This document shows, piece by piece, positions 1 through 12,273 of a DNA stretch of 64,000 bases. The stretch lies in NCBI RefSeq assembly GCF_008831285.2, contig NC_045138.2:30442001-30506000 (forward strand), given 5' to 3'. Source of the DNA: Nymphaea colorata. Taxonomy: Eukaryota. Below the pieces are notes generated by a model, which was not told where the DNA came from, made no database searches, and saw nothing but the letters and a program-made list of their open reading frames with translations. The number at the start of each line of letters is the position of its first letter. The first letter of the stretch is position 1. A program made the translations under genes and the position numbers.

Positions 1-207
1 TGAGAGGTGTGGGAGGAAAAAATAATCTAACATGAGCATCATAGTAACATAATTGTCGGGGGCTCCAATACTATTCAACCCGGAGGAAGATAATTGGTTG
101 ACTGGTTGCAAAAAGAATAATGGTGTGATGATAAGCAACTGCTTGAATACTAAACGCAAAAAAGAAAAAGATGCCAGAAGAGAGATAGAGATACAAAAGG
201 TGAAGAC

Positions 208-244
208 CTCTTTGGGCAGCATATCTCCAGTAGCCGTCCGCCAT
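208..244 (-). CDS. First coding exon of a nuclear speckle RNA-binding protein (NSR/RBP1-like RRM protein); gene continues off the left edge
   Basis: ATG at 244 gives MADGYWRYAAQR, then G|GT at 208/207 as a candidate donor. The MADGYW/MADAYWRY N-terminus is characteristic of plant NSR/RBP1 proteins. Only 12 codons are visible and the RRM is not in the window. Confidence 0.55.
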
Positions 245-2205
245 ATCTCGCTTTCTTCCTTCCCTCTCCCCCTTGAGTAGCTCTCGTTTTCGGACTCTCT
301 TCTCTTCACAACGAGTTTCCAACACCCCGCAGTTTCTCGAATGGGTGTGACTTTCAGTCCCTTCACTCGTGAGACACTAAATACAAAATATCGCAGAAAC
401 TATAAAACTTTTGGAACTTAACGCCGTATTCTTTCTGTAATTGGGACAGATATCGCTCATCCCCATTTGGGGTCTTTCAATTCGTCTCTGAACTCTCGAT
501 TCGCAATTTGGCACGTTAGAAAAGCTTCGTGTTGGAAAAAAAAAGTAGCAGAATTTGCCCTGCTTTTCGGGCTCTTCGTTATAGACTTGAAATAAAAAGA
601 CTAGATATCTTTATATTCGTTCAAAAAGAAAACCTGTAGAGTAAAGAACTAGAACTGGTGGTCTGAAGAACATTGATCTACCAACTGATAAAGCACAGTA
701 AACAAAAGACATTGCTTGATTTTCGGAAATGTCATTAAAGAAGAGATGATGTCTCGTCTCACCTTAAAATGTTGTGGTGGTGGATGGAAAATACAATTAT
801 TTTATGCATTTTGTTAACATTTACAATTGATCACATTATAATGCTTATTTTGAAGCTTTCAAAATAGGAATATTGGTTTTTTTACTGTTTTCTGTATTTT
901 AATGTCAATAAAAGCTTTGAGAATAATTGAATAATAGCCATAAGCGAACCCTAATCTATTGTGGATCCTCTGATGTGATCCTAAATCAAAGCAAGCACCA
1001 AGCAACATCCAAATCCAAATCTGAACAAGACTAAAACAACTCCAACAGCAAGTGTAGGTTGAGCTATGGGTTGAATTCGTTTAGTTGGATGAGTTGAGCT
1101 CAGATTAGGTCTGTGAGCTTGTTGGTCTTCTTATATAAGCTTTGTTTTTCATGCAATGAGACACCTTTTGAGTAACAATAAGGATGTTTCATCTTCTAAA
1201 CCCATTGCTAGCGGTCCTCTGTTCTTTAAAAAGAAAATAAATGAATAAGTCTTCATGCTTGGGTTTGCTCAAACTTTATAAAGCTTAGCTCAAACTTGAG
1301 CTCAACTCAAGTTCAAGCTGAACCCAAGGTAAACTTTATATATATATATATATATTTTAAGTTGAGCTCCAGTCACCCGGCTCATATTGACCCTTACCGG
1401 TGAGTAAAGGGGATTCACTACCCAGCAAAGAACTGTAGTTTCTACTCAACTCATTGTACTCGTAAAATACAAGGTCTGCTTTTGGTGCCTAGAGGTGCTG
1501 CCTTTGCTGTGCTTCAACTTGTGTATTGATGACTCATCTTTTGAATACAAGAGGTTCATGCTCTCGACATTTGTGATGGAGACATGCGGCCTACGAGCCC
1601 CCCATCCCAAGGCAATGTATCAAATCTCCTTGTTGACCCTTATTTGCTAGGGTATTTTTGCCGGTGTTTCCTACCTCTACAAAAGGGAGAAGGTTTCATT
1701 TTGGGCTTAGAGAATGAACTTCATGCGAGCATAGCATGTTTTCACAAAGAAACTCCATGTTACCTCTACTTTTAACTTTTAAGCATGCAAATCCAAGTGA
1801 AAACGAGATAAATCTAGGGAACTTGGGAAACATCACTATTCATCATCATTAAGTTGTTGAAAAAAAAAAACCACAAATGAGTTCAAAAAATGCATAAGAA
1901 CTACCAATATAACACGAATCATGGGACTTGATACAAATTCAAAGCAAACACAGAGCAATACCCAAATCCAAATTCAAATCTATGCAAAACTGAAGCACAC
2001 TCACATAGTCCAAAACAATAAATTGGATCCATGTACTAGTGTGCTAGTTCTTTTTTGTTCTTTAATAAGGTGGCTCCTGCATGGCTTTTCAACCACAATA
2101 TCATGCCAATGATACCATGAGATAAGCCCTAGGAGATTGAGCATGGAAGAATTTGCAGCCCCTCTTTTCCATAAATGTTAAGCTTCTTAACTTTACAGGA
2201 AGGCA

Positions 2206-3391
2206 CATAGTTGTAAGACGCGTACGCCTTATGCCAAAAAAATGTGCTTCGAGGCCTCTTTTCTGAAAAATGCTTCGAAGCGCAGGGTGAAGCGCAAGTG
2301 TCCATAAAGCATACGCCTCACCTAGTTGAAGCGTACGCTCCTATGTAAGGCGTACACCTTAAGGACAAAGCCATTTTTATGGTTTAAAATCGAAAATTAA
2401 CAAAAAAAAAACAAACTAAAAACTGGCACGGTTATGGTGAACCAATTGGTATTATATCATTTTTCCCTTTTTCATCCATTGCGGAGCTTAGAATTGTTGT
2501 TGGTGGTGGTGGAGCTGCCACAGAAATCAACTCCCACTGCTGCTGCTTGAAGGTCCTCTTCTTGATCTTCTCAATCGGTCTTGCAACTCAATCTCTCATT
2601 CTCACTCATCTCTACAAAGTGAGGGAGAGGGCGCAACAGTCGGCCATAGAGGAAAATGGGCAGAAAGCGGCTGCCCGACCATCACAAAGCTTATTAATTT
2701 TTAAGAATGGCCCAAAATGTGAATTAATAAAGTGTTGATACGAATTGTGAAGATTAGGAACTTAATTGGAAACTGATTACTTTTTTTTATAAAAGTTTCA
2801 CACGTGTGAAAAATCCAGCATGGTATTTTCTTTTCCACTTGTTTCGTTCCTTGCATCAATTTGTTTCAATTATCAACGTTGTGACCTTTGTGCATTAACA
2901 AATTACAAAGAATTGATTTTATCAATTTTAATGTTTTTAATGTCATGTACATTGCTAGCATATAATGCACATAGAATTAGCAAGTAATTATTATTATCAC
3001 ATTTTAATTGTCATTATTTCTGTCATCAAGATTGTCAGAGATACTAATGAATAAGTTAAACTTAAAATCCACTCACATATGATATGTTGTTGCCTGGAGT
3101 CTATTTTTAGTTAATATTTTTAACTATTTGTTAATGGACTTTGAATAAAAAAAAAATATTTCAACATGGTTCACAAAGCAAAAAAAAATATACTCACAAT
3201 AAATTGCTCTGCTTTCATATTCTTGTTATTTTACTTGTTTTTCCAATTTTCATATTATTTTAATAAATATTATATAATTAACATATTTGAGTCTTTGACC
3301 TTGAAGCTTTCGCTTCAATCACCGTCTTGCCTTGCCACGCCTCATGATATGCTCAATGTTTTGCCTCGCCTCATCGTCTTTTACAACACTG
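2206..3391. mobile_element. Non-autonomous DNA transposon (hAT-like) with subterminal repeats
   Basis: Left end CATAGTTGTAAGACG versus reverse complement of the right end CAGTGTTGTAAAAGACG. AGGCG/CGCCT-type motifs cluster near both ends. No TSD recognised. Confidence 0.5.
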
Positions 3392-3763
3392 ATAGTAATA
3401 AGTCAATGATTTTATATTTGACAAGCGCCTAAGCTCTTACATTAGCAACCTCTATAACAAAGGGATGACTATTAAATTGATGAATATTCTTAGAAAAATC
3501 AGAGAATCTTCTATAGAAACCTTCTCATTGATCTCTTTATCTAATGTCTTGAGTTGATGAAGTTTGAAACCCTGTAGGTGTTGCTGCATGAGGAAAAATA
3601 TGAAAGTTGTTGAAAAAGAAACTCGTACTTGGAACATGATTTTTTTTTTTTTTATCGCAGATGGCATAGCGGAGATCTTCGAACGAAATGATTTTTTGCA
3701 AAAAATCGAGTGCTTAACATTTATGTTGGGAAGGCGGGAAGAGTTTGGCTCTTGGCTGCGACG

Positions 3764-6700
3764 ATGTGGAAGGCATCAAGAACCGCGCCGCCGTCTCTGC
3801 TGTTGGGCTTCTTGTGCAGGAGGTCACGACTTGCTGCTACTCCTTCCTTCCCCCCTTGCACTCAATTTTTCAGCAGACCGACCCCAACCCGCATTTGGTG
3901 CTGCTGTGCTCTCGGGTACCCGGCTTCTTTTGCCTGCCGGCTGTATTCCACCACGTTCCCTGAGGCTCCGTCGACTTCCGGCGACGGCACGGCGATCAAT
4001 GGCGTGCATGACTCGATCCATGTGTACCCTTTATCTTCTGATGCCAAAAGAACTATTGAAGTCCCGTATGAGAACGGTGGAACATTCGTAGAGGCATTTC
4101 ATTGTTTCCTACATTAGTCAGCATCATTTTCCAAAAGGTACACCGACTGACAATCGTCTTGCTAGTTTAGGAACTTGCTTGACGGTGGTTCTGATGGTAA
4201 ATGCTGGTTTTTCCTTGAAACTAGAATCGCTGAATGTTAATCCATGTAAACATTTTTGTGAAGTTACATTGGCCTTAACGCAAGGAAAAGAATTGTTGTT
4301 GAGTCTCTGAAAATGATGATGCCCTACCCAGTTGTTGTAGCTGTAGCTTGTCAGAAGTGCTACTGTTGGTCCTGAGCGTTGCTGGCGTTAGTTCACCAAT
4401 CACTGAAACTGCGAGAGATGCCTTTCCATTCTGGTATATCTATGTAGATTTTTAGGATTTCTAATTGTTGAAGCACAATGTTTGCTGGTTTGGATTATGA
4501 GCAGCACGCGCTTATTTTAAATGTGCCATATTCATAGTTGCACGGTGATTGTTCTTACCTTTTTACCTTTTAAAGATGTAGATTGTGCACTTCCATGATG
4601 ATTAGGTGCAACCACTTTTCTTAAGATTCCTCACTGTTGATTCTTCTTGTAGTCCCCAATGCCTGGCATTGTGCAGGTGTCCCCAGTGGCAGCCGAATAG
4701 GTTCATCATTAGAAAAAGAAAGATCCTTATGTTCAGCCACACATTTGGAGAATGCTCCATCAACTATAATCAGGATCGTGTTTTTTAATAGATTTGGAAG
4801 ACAATGTTTTTGAAATGAACAAGCTGAAACAGTTAACATCAGAAACCTAACCTAGTTTACAATGCACATTCATCATCAGCATCCAGAGTCCATTCGGAAA
4901 GCATGTAGCTTTAGGGCCGGATAACGTGGTAAGGGGTTAGCGGGAAGAGGCTGCTACTCAGAAGTCATTCTACTAGCAACTGCCTTGGAGGTGGAGATAC
5001 GTCCAACGATCATTTGGATTTTTTGGATGTTAAGGAATGCATTGTTACACTTTTTGTGTATTTCATCTAATAGCTGTGAATTGATATTTGATCCCTTTAT
5101 TTTTTATCATTTTCTGTTATGTATAATTTGATCCATGTTAGGAGACCTACAAAACGTTCACTTTTTGCATTTCCCTTGTTGTAATATTGATTTCCCCCAC
5201 TTACTGCTGGCAAGCGCTTCTTAATTATTCTTAGAAGTTAATAAAAAATACCGCTAAAGAAGGGTGTTTCTTGCTGCACTAAAGCCCAAAGTATTCATGA
5301 TTCTAATAAGGGAATATAGAGGCGAAGGGTGGTGAAAGATTTAAAATAGGAAATTTTTTTCCCAATGTAGAAGTTGGGTTGAATTTGTCAAATCTTATGG
5401 TCAGAAATGTCAATATTTAGTGTGTCATCAAGGTTTGTATACTTGTGTCATGCATGTCTCTTGAAAAAAGGAACAAGGCAAAGCTGAACTTCTCTTTGTA
5501 AATATATAAGTTTTTGTGGGAGGAGATCGACATAACTAGAGAATACTTCTAAGGGTGGAAAATGTCCAAAATGTATCTGCAAAAGTGCCGTTAACAAAAA
5601 TACCAAAGTGGGAGGCACTGTTAAAGGTTCTTTTCATTCCATTCTCTGATTGTGGTCACAAGAAAACTGCATGTATTATTAGGAAAATAGAGACATGCGC
5701 TTTCCATGTGTGTGCCTCATTCTGTCTAGGTAGTTAAATTTAATCCTAGTGGGAAAAGCATCAGATGTTGCGAGGATGAGAGAACAATATCCGTGGTTCC
5801 TTGATGGCTGGCTAAATATAAAGTGTCCTCGCATGAAGTTACATTTCTTTGATGTCTTTAGGAGTAGCTCGACTGAGATCTGTAGAAAGTGGCCGCAAAG
5901 CATGTTGTATGTGACTAACTTCCAATGGCATAACCAAGGTAGTAATATTTTGGAGAAATTCTTTTGCAATTCTAATGAGACATTTTGGGAGTATGGTTTG
6001 GCAAACCAAATCTTAAAAACTAAGATCATGAAACCAGAAGAAAGTGTCCTGCCTCTAATTAAATTATGGGAATGTCTCTTGAGAGACCTGTGAATTATTT
6101 GGTCAAGTTTAATGTTTGTTATGGTCATTTGTAATAACATCTTATGTTAAGATGAAGCAAACCTTAAATCAATGGTTGGTCATTCAATCTAAGTCTTTAA
6201 CCGTCATCTCAGCTATTTGATCTCATTGGTTCACTTTTGCTGACAGGAAACAGCTACTTTTTATAGCACTTTGATTAATTTTAGACTATCATCCAGGACA
6301 AAAAGTGGTCAAACAATACTGGAACAGTGTAGATGAACATAAAATCCAAGCACTTTTCATAGAAAAATACATGTAAATTGGTTTACTTAGAACTGTGTGG
6401 TTGTTATAAATTTTGTAAACCCTTACCACTAACATAAAATCCAAGCACTTTTCATAGAATAGTACATGTAAATTGGTTTACTTAGAACTGTGTAGTTGTT
6501 ATAAATTTTGTAAACCCTTACCACTAATCTGGTGGCACATTAGTTTCTGCCTAGTATATAACTAGCATATGATCAATCAATCCTATAGACGGCAACAGGG
6601 CAGATTGGAGCTAATGTCTCTAATAAGCCAGAGTGGTAGTTTGGAGTTCATTTTCACCGTATTCTTTTGTAACAATCCTTGACCCATTGACACCCTTATC

Positions 6701-9700
6701 TTAAGTTACACCCTTGGCACACTCTGAAGCACCTAAACTTTTTGTTTCCTTCTCCTTTGCTATTGCTTTGTCTGAGGACATGTAAAACCTTGTGGGAGTT
6801 TGACCCTTTAACTTAAGAATACTTTGATAAGGTGCTTTTGCATAATCTAGGGAAAAACACTTATCTTGCGCCAATTTCTTGCATAACTTGTTGGTTATCT
6901 ACTGTTTGTTATTTAGTAACTTATTGAAGTACTTTCAGCTAAACTTAGTTTATCTATCTATTTATTTATTTGGGTTGAGATATGCATGCCATGTACGGTT
7001 TGTGTTCTTTATTATTGTGTGTGCAATGTTTTATGCACTTCGTGACTACTGGATGTGCAGACCCTCTCATTTTATTTCGTAGCCAATAATGTTTTCCTAG
7101 TATTACAGCTTTCCTTAGTCTTTCTCTTTGTATTCTTGTATGTCTGTAAATATTTTCCTGGAAAGCATGGTCTTTATGTATTTTCATCTTTCTACTGTCT
7201 TGTTTTCCTTCTTTTTTTCTTTTGTATTTCCGAGTCTCTGTTCAAATGTTTTTTGAAAAGTATGAATCGAACGATAAGTTATGTTGCATTGGGATAATCC
7301 CAATGTGGTAATCATATGTTTATGAAATGTTGGCTTGGGCTTGGTTGTCCCTGAAGGTGACATTCAATAATCGTTGAGTACGCCCTTGTTCCGTCAGTCA
7401 TAAACTAAGTACAGGCCTTGTTCCAATGGATGATCTCATTCCAGTACCTATGCTTTTTATATTCCAGTTACTAAAACAATCACAGTAAAGAGACTCCCAT
7501 CCTTGACAAAGAGAATTTAGATACTAATATGGCGATTCTTGAGAAGGCATTTTCTCATGATGCGTTACCTATCTATTTTCTCTGGCTCTTAGGCCTTTGA
7601 CAGATGGGGAACAAGTCCAGTCTGTCATTCTTGTAGTTATTCTGCTGAGATGTCTAGCATCAGGGTGAGCGTAGAGATATCTGCTTCTCTGTCTCTGGTC
7701 AGTGGTCACCTGATCTCATGTCTGTATCTTCACATATTAGCCTTAACACTGGAATCTAGGTTAGATATTTGAGTTGCATTTATTCTCTCCATTTAGTGAT
7801 TCAGTTTTTCACTTTTAGTGACATGTTCTTTCCCGTACCTTGGAACAGCCTCCACACCTGGATGACTATTTGCATGTTTCTTGTGTAAGGTGTGACATCC
7901 TCAGGGTTGAACAGCTGAAAGTGTGCCTTCTATTATCACCTACAAGAATGACCAAGGCCTATGGCAAGTTCCTATTTATACTGTCATGCTGTGTATAATT
8001 GCACCAGTAATATTGTATCAAATAGTAGGTTGTGAGGTGACCAATTATAAAGGAGGATATTAGATAAGCTATGTTTGTCTCCCATACCATGTTAATGCAT
8101 TTTGTGGTGATATTTTTCAATGCAAAATTTCTTTTAAGAGCTGTGCTTGATCGTCTCCACATTAAGGCTGGAGTTTTGGTTGGAATATGAATGTTACTAT
8201 TATCATGATAACATTGTCTATTGTCCATAACCAACTAGAATGTAACTGAACTTGCCTAAGGAAGAATAGCAGCTGTAGAAAAATGAACCAGGCTAACTTT
8301 CATTATCTCACTCCCCAATAAAGCTGTCACGTGGAAAGACAGGTTAAACATCATATCTTACTACTGTTCTTACCCCCCAAACAACCGCCTGCCCCTGGTG
8401 AATGCTGGTTCATGAAGCTTCTCTTATAGTACCACCCTCTAGTTGCTGCCATTTGGTTTTATGGCTAAGCACCTATCAGTTTTCCTAGGATTGTCAATCG
8501 CACCTTCATGTGATTCTGTCTCAAGGTTCTACACTAATTTCAGACTCTGTGAGTAAGAATTAATAGATTCCGAAGCAGACATTACTAGAGACTGCGCTAA
8601 TTCAATCGGTGAACTTTAGTTAATACATATGAAAGAATGTCTGGTGTCTGCAGCAACCATGTTTCTGACTGTAAAACTAGATAAACTGTTCGAATCAAGT
8701 GCAAGTCTTGATCATGCTATGCATAGGTACAAATAGAATCAAGTTATATGAGTTCGTGTTTATGCTTGTAAATGTAACTTTTCTGGTTTCTGATGGGAAT
8801 AGTATATTCCCTATAAATTAATTGTTCATATGTATGTACCAATTCACATTCAGCTTTATAAGTTCCACAATTTGTCATGATGCAGAAAACTGAACTAATC
8901 GGCAAATCACAAAATCCAATTCAGCAAAAGATGCCAAAGATCAGGAATCATGATTATAAAGGACGCATGCATCAAGTCAATGGAGCAAAGTTGGCTGTGT
9001 TGAATGTTAGTTGACTTTCTGAGCTAGTTAATGTGTTGGTATCTGTCTTCTCAATGTGCCGTAGTCAACACGCGATCGTAGACATCCGATGGCACGCATA
9101 CTGTGTGAAGATTCCGATGGAACTGTTTTTTTTTTGTCTAAATTGATACCAGATAAAAAAGAAGTTGTTTTGAAATGGTTCACCAGCAATAAGGATCTGG
9201 AGAAATTCAAACCATTTTTAACGGATGTTCATCAATCGCTGTTCAGATACTGATACTACAGGAGTCTTCTCATCCAGGATGATGAGCAATTTACATTTTC
9301 CAGATATGATGAACATTCACACTCGGGTATCAGATGATCATGCCATTAGCTCAGTTTTCTAGAGCACTTTCTAGTGACACACTACACTTGAAGAATTTCA
9401 TACTGTGCGTAGCAACCTTACCGGTCAGATTTTCACTCATGACTGTGTGGAAAGGAGCTACTCAGTTCATTAATATGAAAGCACTGTGGTCTATCTCAAA
9501 TCTACTGTACTGACAGTCTAGCAAAGCATCGAGAGTCTGGGATTAGACAGGGAACTGAAGAACCAGGTGCTGCAACTGATAGGGTTTCAGCTACTGATAA
9601 AACTCTACTCCATGAGGTTTAAGTTCCTGAAGAGGACTTGAAGCCGAACGGGTAACCTCTTCATTACGGCCATTGGCCACAAAAGGGAGGAAGCCTTCAT

Positions 9701-9720
9701 CTAAGAACGCCATGTTAGGA
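3764..9720 (+). pseudogene. Uncharacterised, probably decayed multi-exon locus with a transit-peptide-like N-terminus
   Basis: GC-rich ORF from ATG 3764 (MWKASRTAPPSLLLGFLCRRSRLAA..., R/S/L-rich, acid-poor). Exon-like blocks with AG/GT ends at about 4677-5020, 7593-7664 (AFDRWGTSPVCHSCSYSAEMSSIR), 7849-7884, 8885-9005 and 9247-9720. I could not join them into a stop-free frame. Confidence 0.3.
6336..6525. repeat. Tandem duplication, 2 x 95 bp
   Basis: AACATAAAATCCAAGCACTTTTCATAGAA...GTAAACCCTTACCACT occurs at 6336-6430 and 6431-6525 with only a few substitutions. Confidence 0.9.
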
Positions 9721-10444
9721 GATTTCACCTACACAACATACATTTGGTAAAGCCCAAAATAAGTTTGCAGAACGCTTTAGATGTGTTCACACTTGCTGGC
9801 GTTCCTGTCTTTTCAGTCCACATGGAAACGCGCACTTAGCTTTATGTTGTGAGGATATAGTTTCCATTTGTTTATTGAGGAATGCTTTGCAGCTTACAGC
9901 TAATGCTAACGGCTAATTTTTCAGGTTACAGCTAATGCCTTCTGCCAGAAGCCCTTTCAATCTGGACAAAGGGAGACTGATCGTCTCCGCTTTGGCTACA
10001 TGGCAGGCAAGATGACTGTGCATTTGAAACCTCCCTTTAAACAAGTGTAGGGCGTCGTTTTGCTCCACTGGTTATCACTTAGTTGATTACAGTATCCTTC
10101 CTGTAGACATTGATCTGGCCTTTTAGAAATGTTCTTAAATGCCTTGTCAGTCGCAGATTCGCGGCGTGTAAAGGAACGCGTTACTGTCATGTGACAAAAA
10201 ATGAATGATACATTCAACACACTCTTTCACCATTAAGAATACCATCAATAACAAAACTTTTTCTTCAATCTCCTTTAGATCAACAATAGAATTGAATTTA
10301 CAAGCATCAATTTGCCTTTCTCCATTTGTACTGAGCAGTAGTTTTACATCTCTCCCTCTCCCTCTCACTATGGCTGTCCCGCGTTAACTATAGCACGACA
10401 AGAATGAGTGTATGACGTCTGAATGTGGTGTGTGTTAAATGGGA

Positions 10445-11904
10445 TCAAGACAAGAAGGCGGTGCCGGCGTGGGCATGGTGGAGGAGGTTGTGAGCAATGC
10501 TGTCGCGCGCCTGCATGGCGGTGTGTGAGCGGATACAATTCTCCGGCAGCATCTCGTCGTCGACAAGCTGGAAGTCGAGGTCCGGGTCGATGGCCTCGTT
10601 GCGCTGCTCGCAGATGTTGTGGAGGACGCAGCAGGCGCCGAGGAGGACGGGCAGGTCCTGAAGCTTCACCTCCGTCCGTTTCTGCAGGCAGGACCATCTC
10701 CTCTTGAGCCTGGCGAAGGCCTCCCTGGCGATCCTCTGCACCTCTCCAATCTTCTCGTTGAAGGCGTGCTGCGTCCATGTCAGGTGTTGCTGCGCGTAAG
10801 GGACAAGCACCCAGTCCATGAGCGGATACGACGGCCCGCCGACGACCCACATCCCCTTGAGCATCCCTTCGAGCCCGCGTTGGTACAGCGCCGACTTCTC
10901 CAGCACCTGCTCGTCCGGCATGGATCCCGGCCACCCGATGCATACGTCGGTGAAGACGCCGGAGGGGTCGACAACGCCCTGCAGGGTGATGGAGTAGGAG
11001 GTCTTGTGGTTGCGTTCCGTGTGGCGCTTGTTGAAGTACGCGGCGACGTTCATCTTGGGAGCAATAATGGGGATGTGAGTGGTGTACATTGAGCCCACCA
11101 CCCCGGGATGCCGGAACCAGCCTGGAAACGGTCCATGATCGCCTGCAAGTGCTCGTCCGACGCCGGCCACTGCAGGAACCTGGGCATCAGCACGCTCTTG
11201 ATCGCGGCGCAGACCTCCAGCACAAGCTTGTGGCAGGTGGAGATTCCGAGCCCGAACCGCTTCGATACAAGCCGCAGCGGCTCCCCGGTTGCCAGCCGCC
11301 AGATGCAGACCGCCACCCTCTGTCGCACCGGTATGGCCGCCCGCAGCATCGTGTCCTCCTTCTCCACCGCCGAGCTCAGCTCGCCGCAGATCATGTCGAA
11401 CGTCGACCGGCTCATCCGGAACGCCCGCCGGAACTCGCTCTCGGGGTAGTCCGGCCGGTCGACGTTCTCCCACCACGCCCTCGACCGGTCCTTCACCCAC
11501 AACCGCCTGGTAGTCGGAGCGGCCGCCGACGTCGTCGAAGTAACACCGACGCTTCTGCCGTGGTTGTTGGCATTGCTGGGATCGTCACCGAGACCGGCAG
11601 TCGAAACAGCGGCGGCCGAGGCCGCAACCGACCGGGACCGCTTGTTCCGCCTCTGCCGCTCCGCGTCGGCCTCCTCGTCGTTCATCTGCTGCTCCTGGGA
11701 GCTGAGCAGCTGGTAATAATCGAGGATGGAACTCGTCTTCTTAGCATAATTGGCATCAAGGGCGCTCTGATCATCGAGCAGCAGCATCCTCCCTGCCTGC
11801 TTCTCTCTCTCATCTTCCTCCTCCTTCAGCATCACCAGAGCCGACACCAGCTGCGCTATTGCCTTCGTGTCACCACCAAACTCCCTGTTTCCCACCACAC
11901 CCAT
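10445..11904 (-). CDS. Domesticated PIF/Harbinger transposase-derived protein (ALP1-like/HARBI1 family, At5g12010 type), about 486 aa if one 1-nt frameshift at 11101-11107 is corrected
   Basis: ORF 11904-11050 carries RRLWVKDRSRAWW, FRMSRSTFDMIC and AIPVRQRVAVCIWRLATGEPLRLVSKRFGLGISTCHKLVLEVC. The overlapping -1 frame carries GSMYTTHIPIIAPK, TSYSITLQGVVD, GWPGSMPD, LTWTQHAFNEK, RLKRRW and LGACCVLHNICE to the stop at 10445. Intronless. No TIRs seen. Confidence 0.93.
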
Positions 11905-12163
11905 CCAATTCCCTCCACCTCCGATTTCGCCGCGTCACCCCCCAAAAGCCAATTTCTCGTCCAACTTCAAGAACAAGCAACCGGCAATTCAGACGAAGAT
12001 GGTGAATGGGCAGCAAGATTTCTCGTCTCCCTCTCTTTCTTGAAGAGCAAGCAACTGGTAATTCAGATGAAGATGGTTAATGGGCAGCAGGATTTCTTGT
12101 TTCTCTCTCGCTCTCGATCGTTTGGCTTTGAATTGGAGGATATTGTTTGGCTTGAGAGATTGG

Positions 12164-12273
12164 TTTTATAGGGAGGAAGACTGGAAAAGGTGGCCAAAAG
12201 TGAACGCGGTTGTGGAGGAAGCGAGGAAAAGGGTAGGGGCAAAGCTACGCCGCAAACGCGTTTTCCTCCGCGC
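12164..12273 (-). promoter_or_regulatory. Core promoter of the ALP1-like gene: TATA box plus CGCG/RSRE (CAMTA-type) boxes
   Basis: TATAAAA on the minus strand at 12170-12164. CGCGTT on the minus strand at 12203-12208, palindromic AACGCGTT at 12255-12262 and CCGCGC at 12268-12273. Confidence 0.6.

Noticed and set aside
5679..6140. 114-aa and 153-aa ORFs
   Set aside because: No coherent domain; possibly a decayed LINE fragment, but the support is too weak.
6336..6525. CRISPR-like or functional repeat array
   Set aside because: A two-unit tandem duplication without spacers in a plant nuclear context.
10445..11904. Active autonomous Harbinger transposon mobilising the local Tourist MITEs
   Set aside because: Catalytic residues are substituted, no TIR/TSD or Myb partner is visible, and the sequence matches the conserved host-gene clade.
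10368..12171. Long overlapping ORFs on the plus strand and in other frames (e.g. 11089-12171, 10619-11092, 10368-10943)
   Set aside because: Shadow ORFs expected from the high-GC3 Harbinger-derived CDS; no recognisable motifs.
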